DNA from: an uncultured Bacilli bacterium
GTDB lineage: Bacteria > Bacillota_I > Bacilli_A > RF39 > UBA660
Length of the DNA stretch: 32,000 nucleotides
Assembly: GCA_934155185.1 (NCBI GenBank)
Contig: CAKPGT010000002.1
Location: 6,887-38,886 of the forward strand
Direction: 5' to 3'
This document shows, one piece after another, positions 1 through 7,867 of this stretch. The translations under genes and the position numbers were made by a program. Each line of letters begins with the position of its first letter. Positions within the stretch are counted from its first letter, which is position 1. The notes beneath the pieces were generated by a model. The model was not told the DNA's origin. It was given only the letters and a program-made list of their open reading frames with translations, and ran no database searches.

Positions 1-460
1 AAATTTTTTAAAGTATTATTAAAATAAAAAAATTATAATGGTAATTACTACCGTATGCTGAAAATATATTTTAATAATTTTCATGTATAACCATTAATTT
101 TTTATGTGAAACTTGTTTTATTATAAAGGTGTTTAATATCAGATTATAAGAAGGTATATTATTTTAAAATTCAGTTAATATTTGATAAAATACATTTGAA
201 AAGTCATAATGCACATAAAATTAAAAAGCAGTTATTGTGTCACAAATATTGTGTAGATGCTACAAAAAGAATTTGTGACTAGATAATTATGTTAGAAAAA
301 TTGAAACTGCTTATGTGAAGTAATACTAGTGAAGTTGATAAACAAAGAAGTGCTGAAAAAGCATAGTCAACGAAACCTTTTGGATTTGATACAAAATTCA
401 TTATTTAAACTGAGCATTTTATGTTTGCTTTTATTAAAAATACTGTAGAATCTAAAAAGG

Positions 461-514
461 CTCAAAAAAAGAACTGCGAAAAATTACTTATTAAATTTTT
501 CACAGTTCTTTTAT
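461..514. terminator. Bidirectional rho-independent terminator downstream of agrD
   Basis: Arms 471-485 (GAACTGCGAAAAATT) and 494-508 (AATTTTTCACAGTTC) pair at 14 of 15 positions with an 8-nt loop. An A-run lies on the left and a T-run on the right, so either strand reads a hairpin followed by a U-tract. Confidence 0.7.
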
Positions 515-527
515 AATCTAAAATTTA

Positions 528-653
528 TTATCTTTCTATCATTGATTTTGGCATAGTAGGTTCATCTATGAATACTATTAAGCAACCACTTGTAGCACTA
601 GCAGCAACTAGAGCTCCTAATGCAGAAACAATTGAAACAAATAAAGCTTTCAT
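528..653 (-). CDS. agrD: AgrD-like autoinducing peptide precursor (41 aa)
   Basis: Not in the ORF track. Minus-strand ATG at 653-651, 10 nt after AAGGAGG (670-664); stop at 530-528. Translation is MKALFVSIVSALGALVAASATSGCLIVFIDEPTMPKSMIER: hydrophobic leader, a single Cys, then an acidic D-E-P and P-K tail typical of AgrD propeptides. Lies immediately downstream of agrB. Confidence 0.75.
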   Translation of the reverse strand: MKALFVSIVSALGALVAASATSGCLIVFIDEPTMPKSMIER

Positions 654-695
654 GTTTTTTAATCCTCCTTTACTATATTATTTAGACACCTATTT

Positions 696-1301
696 TTAAG
701 TGTTTAAACCATAATTTTTATAATTCATATAAGGTGTTTTAAATATTTTATAAGTTATGGGAATTATTAATAAACATTCAATTAGCAATCCTATTATTAG
801 GCTGTTTATTAATAAGTTATTTTTAATAAAGAATGATATTATGAAATATATTATAGTTACTGAAATAGATAGTGTTTTAAAAATTAATCTTTTCCTTTTT
901 TTTATTAGTGGTCTTTTTACTGTATCTGCAGGAGCATAAGCAGTAATTATTATTCCAGCTAGTATATAAAGAATATATAGTATTTCTCTTGGTATAGTAA
1001 CCACTTTACACAAATAAGCACATCCAAGGAATAGTATGCTGGAAGTAACTAAGCATATAGCACTATTAGGAGCATGCATTCCAAATGCAAACAGTCGTAT
1101 GAAATTAAATGCTAATAATAATATTAATAATTCTTTAAATATTCCTAGTATAAATGCTAATGTAAAAATAATAACTGCTTTAGTAATTGTTAGATATATC
1201 CCCTCAACTCCATACATTATTTCATCAAGCTTATCTTCAGAATATTTAGGATACTGATTTTTTATACTATCTCTTATTTTAGATAATATCAACTTTTTCA
1301 T
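696..1301 (-). CDS. agrB: AgrB-family accessory gene regulator protein B (AgrD-processing membrane peptidase)
   Basis: 201-aa polytopic membrane protein. The N-terminus (KYSEDKLDEIMYGVEGIYLTITK...) and the FNFIRLFAFGMHAP motif with conserved His match AgrB. agrD follows it. Confidence 0.88.
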   Translation of the reverse strand: MKKLILSKIRDSIKNQYPKYSEDKLDEIMYGVEGIYLTITKAVIIFTLAFILGIFKELLILLLAFNFIRLFAFGMHAPNSAICLVTSSILFLGCAYLCKVVTIPREILYILYILAGIIITAYAPADTVKRPLIKKRKRLIFKTLSISVTIIYFIISFFIKNNLLINSLIIGLLIECLLIIPITYKIFKTPYMNYKNYGLNT

Positions 1302-1603
1302 ATTGTACCTCTTAATTTCTAACTCGATTTTACAACATAAATTGATATTTTAAACAAAATAATATTAAGACGGCTAATAATGTTTTTAGGATAAAAATAT
1401 TATTATTTGCTTATTTAAAAATTACCTTTCGTATACAAAATATGACCTTTCACGACATAAAATTTAAAAACATAGTCACATTTTGGTACTATATGTGTGC
1501 TAGCCAACAAATTTGACGAAATTTGATTGGCGCAATAGCTTGATAAATAGTGCTTGCAGAGTTATATTAATGTTGTAAGCAATAAGGGAAGTGAGGTGTT
1601 GAC

Positions 1604-1828
1604 GTGATAAGAGTGGGTAAAATAAAGTGGTTTAATAACGAAAAAGGTTATGGCTTTATTGAAGGCGAAAATGGTGAAGATATATTTGTACATTACTCTG
1701 CTATTAAACAAGACGGGTATAAGTCTTTATGCGAGGATCAAATAGTTGAATATGAACTATTAGAAACCGAAAAAGGACTACAAGCTATCAATGTAAAAGA
1801 AGTATCAAATACTACTGTTAAACAGTAG
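1604..1828 (+). CDS. csp: Cold-shock protein (CspA family, S1-like CSD)
   Basis: [15 protein letters not shown] (RNP1) and DIFVHYSAI (RNP2) motifs; GTG start 5 nt after GAGGTG. A long upstream leader is typical of csp genes. Confidence 0.9.
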   Translation: MIRVGKIKWFNNEKGYGFIEGENGEDIFVHYSAIKQDGYKSLCEDQIVEYELLETEKGLQAINVKEVSNTTVKQ

Positions 1829-1842
1829 TATTTATTTTTTTT
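1811..1842 (+). terminator. Rho-independent terminator of csp
   Basis: ACTACTG / CAGTAGT 7-bp stem (1811-1829) overlapping the stop codon, followed by a T-run to 1842. Confidence 0.7.
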
Positions 1843-1845
1843 GTG

Positions 1846-1854
1846 TGATATAAT
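1846..1854 (+). promoter_or_regulatory. Extended -10 promoter element (TGATATAAT) for hpf
   Basis: Perfect TGnTATAAT about 20 nt upstream of the hpf start, directly after the csp terminator. Confidence 0.5.
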
Positions 1855-1874
1855 CAAGTTAGGAGGATGATAAT

Positions 1875-2408
1875 ATGAAATATAATATTCGCGGAGAAAA
1901 TGTTGAAATTACATCAGCAATAAAATCCTATATTGAAGATAAGATAGGAAAGTTGGATAAATATTTTGAGGAACCTGAAAATATTAAAGCAAATGTTGTC
2001 ATAAAGATAAGAGGTAAAAAGCAAAAAATAGAAATAACGGTACCTGCAGTACATTATACTTTGAGAAGTGAAGAAGCGCATGATGATTTATATGCAGCTA
2101 TTGACTTAACGGTAGATAAGCTTGAAAGACAGATAAGAAAAAATAAGACTAAAATCAATTCAAAAATTAAAAAGAATATTATTCAAAATTTTGAAATGGA
2201 TTTAGAAGATAATTTTGAAGAAGATTCTTTAAAAATTGTAAAGAGAAAAAGAATTGATATGAAGCCAATGAACGAAGAAGAAGCAATATTACAAATGAAT
2301 ATGCTAGATCATGAATTCTTTGTATTTAAAAATGCTGATACAGATAGTATTTGTGTTATATATAAAAGAAAAGATGATACTTATGGTATAATAGAAACAA
2401 ATAAATAA
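1875..2408 (+). CDS. hpf: Ribosome hibernation promoting factor, long form (HPF/YvyD)
   Basis: The N-terminal MKYNIRGENVEITSAIKSYIEDKIGKLDKYF is typical of sigma-54 modulation/S30EA family proteins. The C-terminal dimerisation domain (KPMNEEEAILQMNMLDHEFFVFKN) is present. Conserved position directly upstream of secA. Confidence 0.92.
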   Translation: MKYNIRGENVEITSAIKSYIEDKIGKLDKYFEEPENIKANVVIKIRGKKQKIEITVPAVHYTLRSEEAHDDLYAAIDLTVDKLERQIRKNKTKINSKIKKNIIQNFEMDLEDNFEEDSLKIVKRKRIDMKPMNEEEAILQMNMLDHEFFVFKNADTDSICVIYKRKDDTYGIIETNK

Positions 2409-2420
2409 TATATTTAACAT

Positions 2421-2459
2421 GAAAATAATTAATATCACTTTAATTATTTTCTTTTTTTT
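2421..2459 (+). terminator. Rho-independent terminator of hpf
   Basis: 12-bp perfect stem GAAAATAATTAA / TTAATTATTTTC (2421-2432, 2440-2451) followed by T8. Confidence 0.8.
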
Positions 2460-2490
2460 GTTACAATATCATATAAGGAGATGAAATGAT

Positions 2491-4986
2491 ATGTTAGGTA
2501 TTTTAAAGAAAATATTTGATAGTGAATATAAAGAATTAAAAAGATTTAGAATTATAGCTGATGAAGTTTTTTCACTTGATGAAAAATATAAGAAAATGAG
2601 CGATAAAAAACTTAAAGATACTACTAATGAATTAAAGAAAAGATTGGAAAACGGTGAAACACTAGATGATTTAATACCAGATGCGTTTGCTTTAGTAAGA
2701 GAAGCATCATTTCGTGTAATTGGTGAAAAACCATATTATGTTCAAGTATTAGGTGCACTAGCAATTCATTTTGGTAATATATCTGAAATGAAAACAGGTG
2801 AAGGTAAAACATTAACTTGTGTTATGCCTGCTTATTTAAATGCATTAACTGGTAAAGGTGTTCATGTTGTAACTGTTAATGAGTATCTAGCTGGACGTGA
2901 TGCAAACTGGATGGGTCAAATATTTGAATTTTTAGGTATGACTGTTGCAGTAAACTTAAGAGAAATGAGCCCAAAGGAAAAGAAAGAAGCATACTTATGT
3001 GATATTCTTTACTCAACAAATAATGAATTAGGCTTTGATTACTTAAGGGATAATATGGTTGTAAGAGCTGAAGATAGGGTACAAAGGCCGCTTAATTTTG
3101 CCATAATTGATGAGGTAGACTCAGTATTAATAGACGAGGCTAGAACTCCACTTATTATTTCTGGTGGTGTTATGAAGTCAGCTAATTTATATAAAGATGC
3201 AGATAGATTTGTAAAATCCCTAAAAGAAAATGAAGATTACACTATAGATGAGAAAACAAAAGACATTACTTTAACTGATGAGGGTACCGAAAAAGGGGAA
3301 AGATATTTTAGATTAGAAAATTTATATGATATTGAACACACTGCTTTAGTTCATCATATAAATCAGGCTTTAAAAGCAAACTATACTATGAAGAATGATG
3401 TTGATTACGTAGTTCAAGAAGGAAAAGTAGTAATAGTTGACCAATTTACTGGAAGACTTATGCCAGGACGTGCTTTTTCTGACGGACTTCATCAAGCAAT
3501 AGAAGCTAAAGAAAATGTTGAAATAGAAGAAGAAACAAAAACACTAGCTACTATAACATTTCAAAATTACTTTAGAATGTATGAAAAATTATCTGGTATG
3601 ACAGGAACTGCAAAAACAGAAGAAGAAGAATTTAGAAACATATATAACATGTTTGTTATTCAAATACCAACTAATTTACCAGTAATAAGAATAGATGCAG
3701 CTGATTTAATTTATTCTACTAAAGAAGAAAAATATAAAGCTATTATTAATGAAATTAAAAAAAGACATGAAACAGGTCAGCCAGTTTTAGTTGGCACTAT
3801 TGCTATAGAAACAAGTGAAATAGTAAGTGGACTTCTTAAAAAAGCTAAAATTAAGCATGAAATACTAAATGCTAAGAACCATGCAAGAGAAGCTGAAATT
3901 ATCGCAAAAGCAGGTGAAAAGGGTGCTGTTACAATTGCTACTAATATGGCTGGTCGTGGTACTGATATTAAATTAGGTGAAGGCGTTAAGGAACTTGGAG
4001 GTTTATGCGTAATTGGTACGGAAAGACATGAATCAAGACGTATCGATAATCAGTTAAGAGGACGTTCAGGACGTCAAGGAGATCCAGGATTTAGCCAATT
4101 CTTTGTATCGTTCGAAGATGATTTAATGGTTAGATTTGGAACAGATAGATTTAAATCAATACTTGAGATGGCTGGTTTAGATAGTGAAAGAAATATGCGT
4201 AGTAAGACAATTACTAGATCTGTTGAAACTGCTCAAAAAAGAGTAGAAGGTAATAACTTTGATGCTCGTAAACATTTATTACAATATGATGATGTAATGG
4301 GAAGACATCGTGAAATTATGTATGCTAAGAGAAATGAGATTTTAGATAAAGAAGACATACATGAAACAGTGATTAATACCATAAAGGAACATATAGAAGG
4401 TTTAATAAGAAGACACACCGACGAGCGTGGTGTAATAGTAGAAGATAATTGCGATGAAATTGTTGAATATGTTAATGAAAATTTATTAAGAAATTCTAAT
4501 CTAAAATTATCTGAAATATTAAATAAAGATATATCAGAAATAATAGATGTAATTGAAAATAAAGTAATTACTGAATATGAAAATAAGATAAAAGAATTAC
4601 CTGACGAGATTAGAAATGATTTTGAAAAAGCAATAAGCTTGCAAGTTATCGACCGTTACTGGATGGAACATATAAACACTATGGATCATTTAAGAGAAAG
4701 TGTTTCTCTAAGGGGTTATGCTAATGAAGACCCACTTCAAGCTTATGTAAGAGAAGGTTTTCAAATGTTTGACGCTATGCTAGATAGTATTAGCAAAGAT
4801 ATTACGTTATATTTACTAAAAGCAGAGATAAGACAGAATTTAGAAGTAAAGCAAGTTAAGGGAAGAACTAATGATTCAAAGGATGCTACGCCTAAAAAGA
4901 CTGTTAAAAATGGAAAAAAAGTGGGTCGTAATGATCCATGTCCTTGTGGCAGTGGCAAGAAGTATAAACAATGTTGTGGTAAATAG
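2491..4986 (+). CDS. secA: Preprotein translocase ATPase SecA
   Basis: 831 aa. Walker A MKTGEGKTL, DEAD-like DEVDSVLIDEARTPLIIS, TNMAGRGTDIKLG and the C-terminal SEC-C zinc motif CPCGSGKKYKQCCGK. Confidence 0.98.
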   Translation: MLGILKKIFDSEYKELKRFRIIADEVFSLDEKYKKMSDKKLKDTTNELKKRLENGETLDDLIPDAFALVREASFRVIGEKPYYVQVLGALAIHFGNISEMKTGEGKTLTCVMPAYLNALTGKGVHVVTVNEYLAGRDANWMGQIFEFLGMTVAVNLREMSPKEKKEAYLCDILYSTNNELGFDYLRDNMVVRAEDRVQRPLNFAIIDEVDSVLIDEARTPLIISGGVMKSANLYKDADRFVKSLKENEDYTIDEKTKDITLTDEGTEKGERYFRLENLYDIEHTALVHHINQALKANYTMKNDVDYVVQEGKVVIVDQFTGRLMPGRAFSDGLHQAIEAKENVEIEEETKTLATITFQNYFRMYEKLSGMTGTAKTEEEEFRNIYNMFVIQIPTNLPVIRIDAADLIYSTKEEKYKAIINEIKKRHETGQPVLVGTIAIETSEIVSGLLKKAKIKHEILNAKNHAREAEIIAKAGEKGAVTIATNMAGRGTDIKLGEGVKELGGLCVIGTERHESRRIDNQLRGRSGRQGDPGFSQFFVSFEDDLMVRFGTDRFKSILEMAGLDSERNMRSKTITRSVETAQKRVEGNNFDARKHLLQYDDVMGRHREIMYAKRNEILDKEDIHETVINTIKEHIEGLIRRHTDERGVIVEDNCDEIVEYVNENLLRNSNLKLSEILNKDISEIIDVIENKVITEYENKIKELPDEIRNDFEKAISLQVIDRYWMEHINTMDHLRESVSLRGYANEDPLQAYVREGFQMFDAMLDSISKDITLYLLKAEIRQNLEVKQVKGRTNDSKDATPKKTVKNGKKVGRNDPCPCGSGKKYKQCCGK
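4963..4986 (+). repeat. Direct repeat copy 1 (att-like core): the true 3' end of secA
   Basis: TATAAACAATGTTGTGGTAAATAG. The same 24 nt recur at 7465-7488 (1 mismatch) and 10241-10264 (identical, and the identity extends 3 nt further, CTT). Confidence 0.85.
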
Positions 4987-5037
4987 CTTGTTTTATAAGG
5001 GTTTGTGAGTTTGACAATAGTCAAAAAAGGCAAAAAA

Positions 5038-5110
5038 TTGTGCACATAACGCCATTTGTGCACAAATTAAAAAAATCCCCATATTATAAGGGAAAAATAT
5101 ATGTGCACAT
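5038..5110. repeat. Cluster of three TGTGCACA palindromic motifs (left arm of islet A)
   Basis: TTGTGCACA at 5038-5046 and 5056-5064, ATGTGCACAT at 5101-5110. The same motif recurs at 7291-7299. Confidence 0.6.
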
Positions 5111-5116
5111 TAATAG

Positions 5117-5149
5117 AAACTAGCGTTAAGCTAGTTTTTATTCTCTTTT
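5117..5149 (+). terminator. Hairpin and T-rich tract downstream of secA
   Basis: AAACTAGC / GCTAGTTT 8-bp stem with a 5-nt loop, then a T-rich run. A homologous hairpin sits at the equivalent place in islet B (about 7540-7566). Confidence 0.55.
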
Positions 5150-5174
5150 CTAAAGATTTTTAGAAGGAGGATTT

Positions 5175-5498
5175 ATGGCACAAGTACATGTGACAAAAAG
5201 AGGAAACCTATTTCAATATAGGTTTGAAATTGCTCCACAAGGTGGAACAAGAAAGTATATTAATAAGTCTGGATTTAAGACAAAGCAAGAAGCTTATGAA
5301 GCAGGAATGAAAGCGTATAACGAATATTTAAATGTTGGTCATTCTTTCAAACCTTCTACAATGTCATTTGCTGATTATTTAGATTATTGGATGAAAAATT
5401 ATTGTGGGGTTAATCTAAGGAATAATACAATGCAAGCATATATAAACATTATAAATAATTATCTAAAAATTAACATTAATTACATTCTAATGGAATAA
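5175..5498 (+). pseudogene. Tyrosine recombinase/integrase, N-terminal fragment only (arm-binding and start of SAM-like domain)
   Basis: 107 aa. KRGNLFQYRFEI...GFKTKQEAYEAG...FADYLDYWMKNY is typical of phage-integrase N-termini. No catalytic R-H-R-Y domain follows; the ORF stops where the cargo promoter begins. Confidence 0.72.
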
Positions 5499-5502
5499 GA
5501 TC

Positions 5503-5543
5503 CTAAGATTTATTCTTAGTCTTCATATAATTTATGATATAAT
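5503..5543 (+). promoter_or_regulatory. Inverted repeat and extended -10 promoter upstream of the WYL regulator
   Basis: CTAAGA-N5-TCTTAG at 5503-5519 overlaps the -35 position. TGATATAAT lies at 5535-5543, which places the transcript start after the track ATG at 5542. Confidence 0.45.
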
Positions 5544-5559
5544 GAACGTAGGTGGTTTT

Positions 5560-6162
5560 ATGTCTAAAGTTTCTAATGTTATAACTATGTTAGAGTTGCT
5601 ACAATCAGGAAGAAAATATAGTATTAATGAACTTTCTAATAAACTCGAAGTTTCAGAAAGAATGATTAGAGTATATAAAGAAGATTTGGAAAAATCTGGA
5701 ATATATATAGATACAATAATGGGTCCATATGGGGGTTATGTATTAAACCAATCGGTTCGTATGCCTATTAGAAAATTTAAAATGAAAGATGCAAAATTAT
5801 TAGATAAGTACATTGCAAATGAAAAAAATAAAGACATAAAAGAAGAACTTATATTACTTCAGGATAAAATTAAAGGTATATACATTGGAAGTAAGCAAGA
5901 AGAAAAAGAATTAAATTTAAAAGATGAAACCGGTAAGAAGTATAATTTATTAACAAGAGCTATAAAAGAAAAGAGAAAAGTTAAAATATTATATTATTCT
6001 TATGGTAAAGGTGAAAATGAAAGAATAATTGATCCAGCGGAAATGTTTTTATTTCAAGATGGTTGGTACTGCGCAGCTTTCTGTGAAAAGAAACAAGATA
6101 TTAGGCATTTTGAATTAAAAAGAATAATAAAGTACGAATTATTAAATGAAAAATATGAGTAG
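5560..6162 (+). CDS. HTH-WYL domain transcriptional regulator (short form, no WCX extension)
   Basis: N-terminal wHTH (ITMLELLQSGRKYSINELSNKLEVSERMIRVYKEDLEKSGIYIDTIMGPYGGYVL). C-terminal WYL domain (VKILYYSYGKGENERIIDPAEMFLFQDGWYCAAFCEKKQDIRHFELKRI). Start chosen at ATG 5560 after GGTGG; the track start 5542 lies inside the -10 box. Confidence 0.85.
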   Translation: MSKVSNVITMLELLQSGRKYSINELSNKLEVSERMIRVYKEDLEKSGIYIDTIMGPYGGYVLNQSVRMPIRKFKMKDAKLLDKYIANEKNKDIKEELILLQDKIKGIYIGSKQEEKELNLKDETGKKYNLLTRAIKEKRKVKILYYSYGKGENERIIDPAEMFLFQDGWYCAAFCEKKQDIRHFELKRIIKYELLNEKYE

Positions 6163-6213
6163 ACGAAATATTACCTCTTTTTGAGTTATATTGAACTTGA
6201 AAGGAGATTTTTT

Positions 6214-7137
6214 ATGGAAAAAAACATGAAAGTTAATTTTGATTTTTTAAAAGCAAGGGTGATAGATTCATTAGACAATACTGACTTAGAATTTATTAGA
6301 AATGAATTATCTAAATTAAGTGAACCAACATTATTTAGTGGTGTTGGAGGATCAAGTGTAGTTAGTGAATTTGGCGCTAAAGTTATTAATACTAAAAATG
6401 GTATAATTTCAGTAAATAGTGAACCAAGAGATTTTTTATACCGAAATAATGGTGTACTTAGAAATGTAGTAGCATGTAGTTATAGTGGAAATAATTATGG
6501 AGTAGAATTAGCCTTTTTAAAAGGCTTAAGAAAATACTTGTTATCAAACAATTCATTCGATGATAGTGATGTGACTTATTTAAAATATGGTACTACCATC
6601 GATAAAGAAAGAAGTTTTATATCACTTGGTGCAACATTGATTCCTATAAGTATATTAATGAACTATTATTTAGATGGAAAAAACAATCCAATGTTAGATT
6701 GCATAGGAGAATCATCGTTCAATTTTGATTTAGAAAGTGATGTCTATGAAATATTCAGTGGCTATGATACCAGTACCGCATCAAAGTACTTAGAATCTAC
6801 AATAGTTGAATCTGGTATTGGAATACCTATAGTTCATGATAAGTATTCTTATTGTCATGGAAGAAGTACACTTGGTATTAATTATAATGGTATAGCGATT
6901 TATTATAATAGGAATACTGAATTCGATCTAATGATATTGGAGGAACTTAAAAAGTATTATAGTATGATCATCATTATTGATTCTAAATTTAAAGATCAAA
7001 TACTAGATGATTTTCAGATGCTTATCCAAAGCATGTATCTAACAAAGTATATTGCAGAGAAAAAATTAAAAGATTTATCCAAAGTAGAATACTCACCGAT
7101 AGTAAAAAAATTGTATAAATATAGTGGACAAATTTAA
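6214..7137 (+). CDS. Hypothetical protein, possible degenerate double SIS-like (phosphosugar-binding Rossmannoid) fold
   Basis: Start ATG 6214, 7 nt after AAGGAG (6201-6206); the track start 6181 is TTG. Weak motif resemblance only: SGVGGSSVVSEFGAKV (G-x-G-x-S), ACSYSGNN (S-x-S-G) and YSYCHGRSTL (like K-H-G-P). No nuclease, ATPase, TIR or SIR2 motif is visible by eye. Confidence 0.65.
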   Translation: MEKNMKVNFDFLKARVIDSLDNTDLEFIRNELSKLSEPTLFSGVGGSSVVSEFGAKVINTKNGIISVNSEPRDFLYRNNGVLRNVVACSYSGNNYGVELAFLKGLRKYLLSNNSFDDSDVTYLKYGTTIDKERSFISLGATLIPISILMNYYLDGKNNPMLDCIGESSFNFDLESDVYEIFSGYDTSTASKYLESTIVESGIGIPIVHDKYSYCHGRSTLGINYNGIAIYYNRNTEFDLMILEELKKYYSMIIIIDSKFKDQILDDFQMLIQSMYLTKYIAEKKLKDLSKVEYSPIVKKLYKYSGQI

Positions 7138-7257
7138 GCACACTAATTTTTCTTTTTATGTTCAATTGCTTACTTTTTAAATTATAGTATAATTTATTTG
7201 GCAGTATATTTATAAATATACTATATTAAATAAAATTTTTAGGAAAGAAATTTATAT

Positions 7258-7310
7258 CTGCACACAACAGTTCCTATTAAAATGGGAACATTGTGCACAT
7301 TTTGTGCTCA
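7258..7310. repeat. TGTGCACA-type motifs and GTTCC/GGAAC inverted repeat (right arm of islet A)
   Basis: CTGCACACA at 7258-7266, GTTCC-N10-GGAAC at 7270-7289, TTGTGCACA at 7291-7299, and a degenerate TTTGTGCTCA at 7301-7310. Confidence 0.55.
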
Positions 7311-7464
7311 TTAACCTAAAAACATATAGTAAAAATAATACTATATGTACCATTTATACCGTATCTGTTTAGACCTTTTAAGCCTTGTAAAATCTATAAT
7401 ACTACATATATTTCATAGTGTTATATGTACAGGAAAAGGATGAACTTGTGGCTCAGGAAAAAAA

Positions 7465-7488
7465 TATAAACAATGCTGTGGTAAATAG
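7465..7488 (+). repeat. Direct repeat copy 2 (att-like core, secA 3' end copy)
   Basis: TATAAACAATGCTGTGGTAAATAG. The upstream frame reads C-G-S-G-K-K-Y-K-Q-C-C-G-K-stop but has a TGA 15 codons before the terminal TAG and no start codon, so it is not a gene. Confidence 0.85.
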
Positions 7489-7594
7489 TTTATAAAATAA
7501 GGAAAATAATTTACAAACATTTTTGAAAACATAAGAAATACTAGCGATTTGCTGGTATTTTTTCATTTGCTAAGTAATTAGTGGAGAAAAAAAT

Positions 7595-7867
7595 ATGAGA
7601 AATGTTTATGCGCAAAAAGAGGAAAGATATATCAATATCAATTTGCTATTGCATCTATTAATGGCAAAAGAAAAAAAGGTAAAAACAATTAAAACCAAAG
7701 CGGAGGCTATTGAGGCAGGAATAAAGACACTCAATGAATATATAAATGTTGGGCATTGTATGGAGTCAAGCAATGTGCCATATGGTGATTACTTAGATTA
7801 TTGGATAAAGGAACATTGTGAAATAAACTTAAAGTATCATACGATACAGACTTATAAAAAAAATTGA
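7595..7867 (+). pseudogene. Tyrosine integrase N-terminal fragment, frameshifted and truncated
   Basis: KAEAIEAGIKTLNEYINVGHCM...GDYLDYWIKEHCEINL parallels islet A (KQEAYEAGMKAYNEYLNVGHSF...ADYLDYWMKNYCGVNL). The AKRGKIYQYQFAIASINGKRKK segment homologous to TKRGNLFQYRFEIAPQGGTRKY is in another frame (about 7611-7676), with the shift back at a poly-A run. Confidence 0.7.

Larger units (their letters stand above)
4987..7488 (+). mobile_element. Islet A: decayed integrative element inserted at the secA 3' end
   Basis: Bounded by repeat copies 1 and 2. Begins with a truncated tyrosine-integrase gene; the cargo is an HTH-WYL regulator and an unknown 307-aa protein. TTGTGCACA motifs occur at both ends. 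Confidence 0.7.

Noticed and set aside
1-84. Possible minus-strand gene start (ATG at 84-82, MKIIKIYFQHTVVITIIIFYF...) running off the left edge
   Set aside because: Only 28 codons are visible, there is no clear RBS, and the peptide is low-complexity. It cannot be supported from this window.
757-1257. Plus-strand ORFs 757-939 and 1036-1257
   Set aside because: Both lie entirely antisense within agrB. They have low-complexity AT-codon composition and no RBS. These are typical shadow ORFs of an AT-rich genome.
2624-5063. Minus-strand ORFs 2624-2812, 4233-4418 and 4761-5063
   Set aside because: They are antisense to the unambiguous secA gene, and the last runs across its stop. There are no motifs and no RBS.
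7203-7347. Perfect 20-bp palindrome AGTATATTTATAAATATACT (7203-7222) and hairpin CATATAGTA-N7-TACTATATG (7323-7347)
   Set aside because: They are AT-only palindromes of a kind that arises by chance in this composition. They may act as terminators for the 6214-7137 gene, but there is nothing to single them out further.
7441-7488. SEC-C motif copies at 7441-7488 and 10202-10264 as C-termini of separate SEC-C-motif proteins
   Set aside because: Each frame has a stop 15-21 codons upstream of its terminal TAG and no start codon. The nucleotide identity with the secA end is concentrated in a 24-27-nt core, which fits att duplication rather than independent genes.
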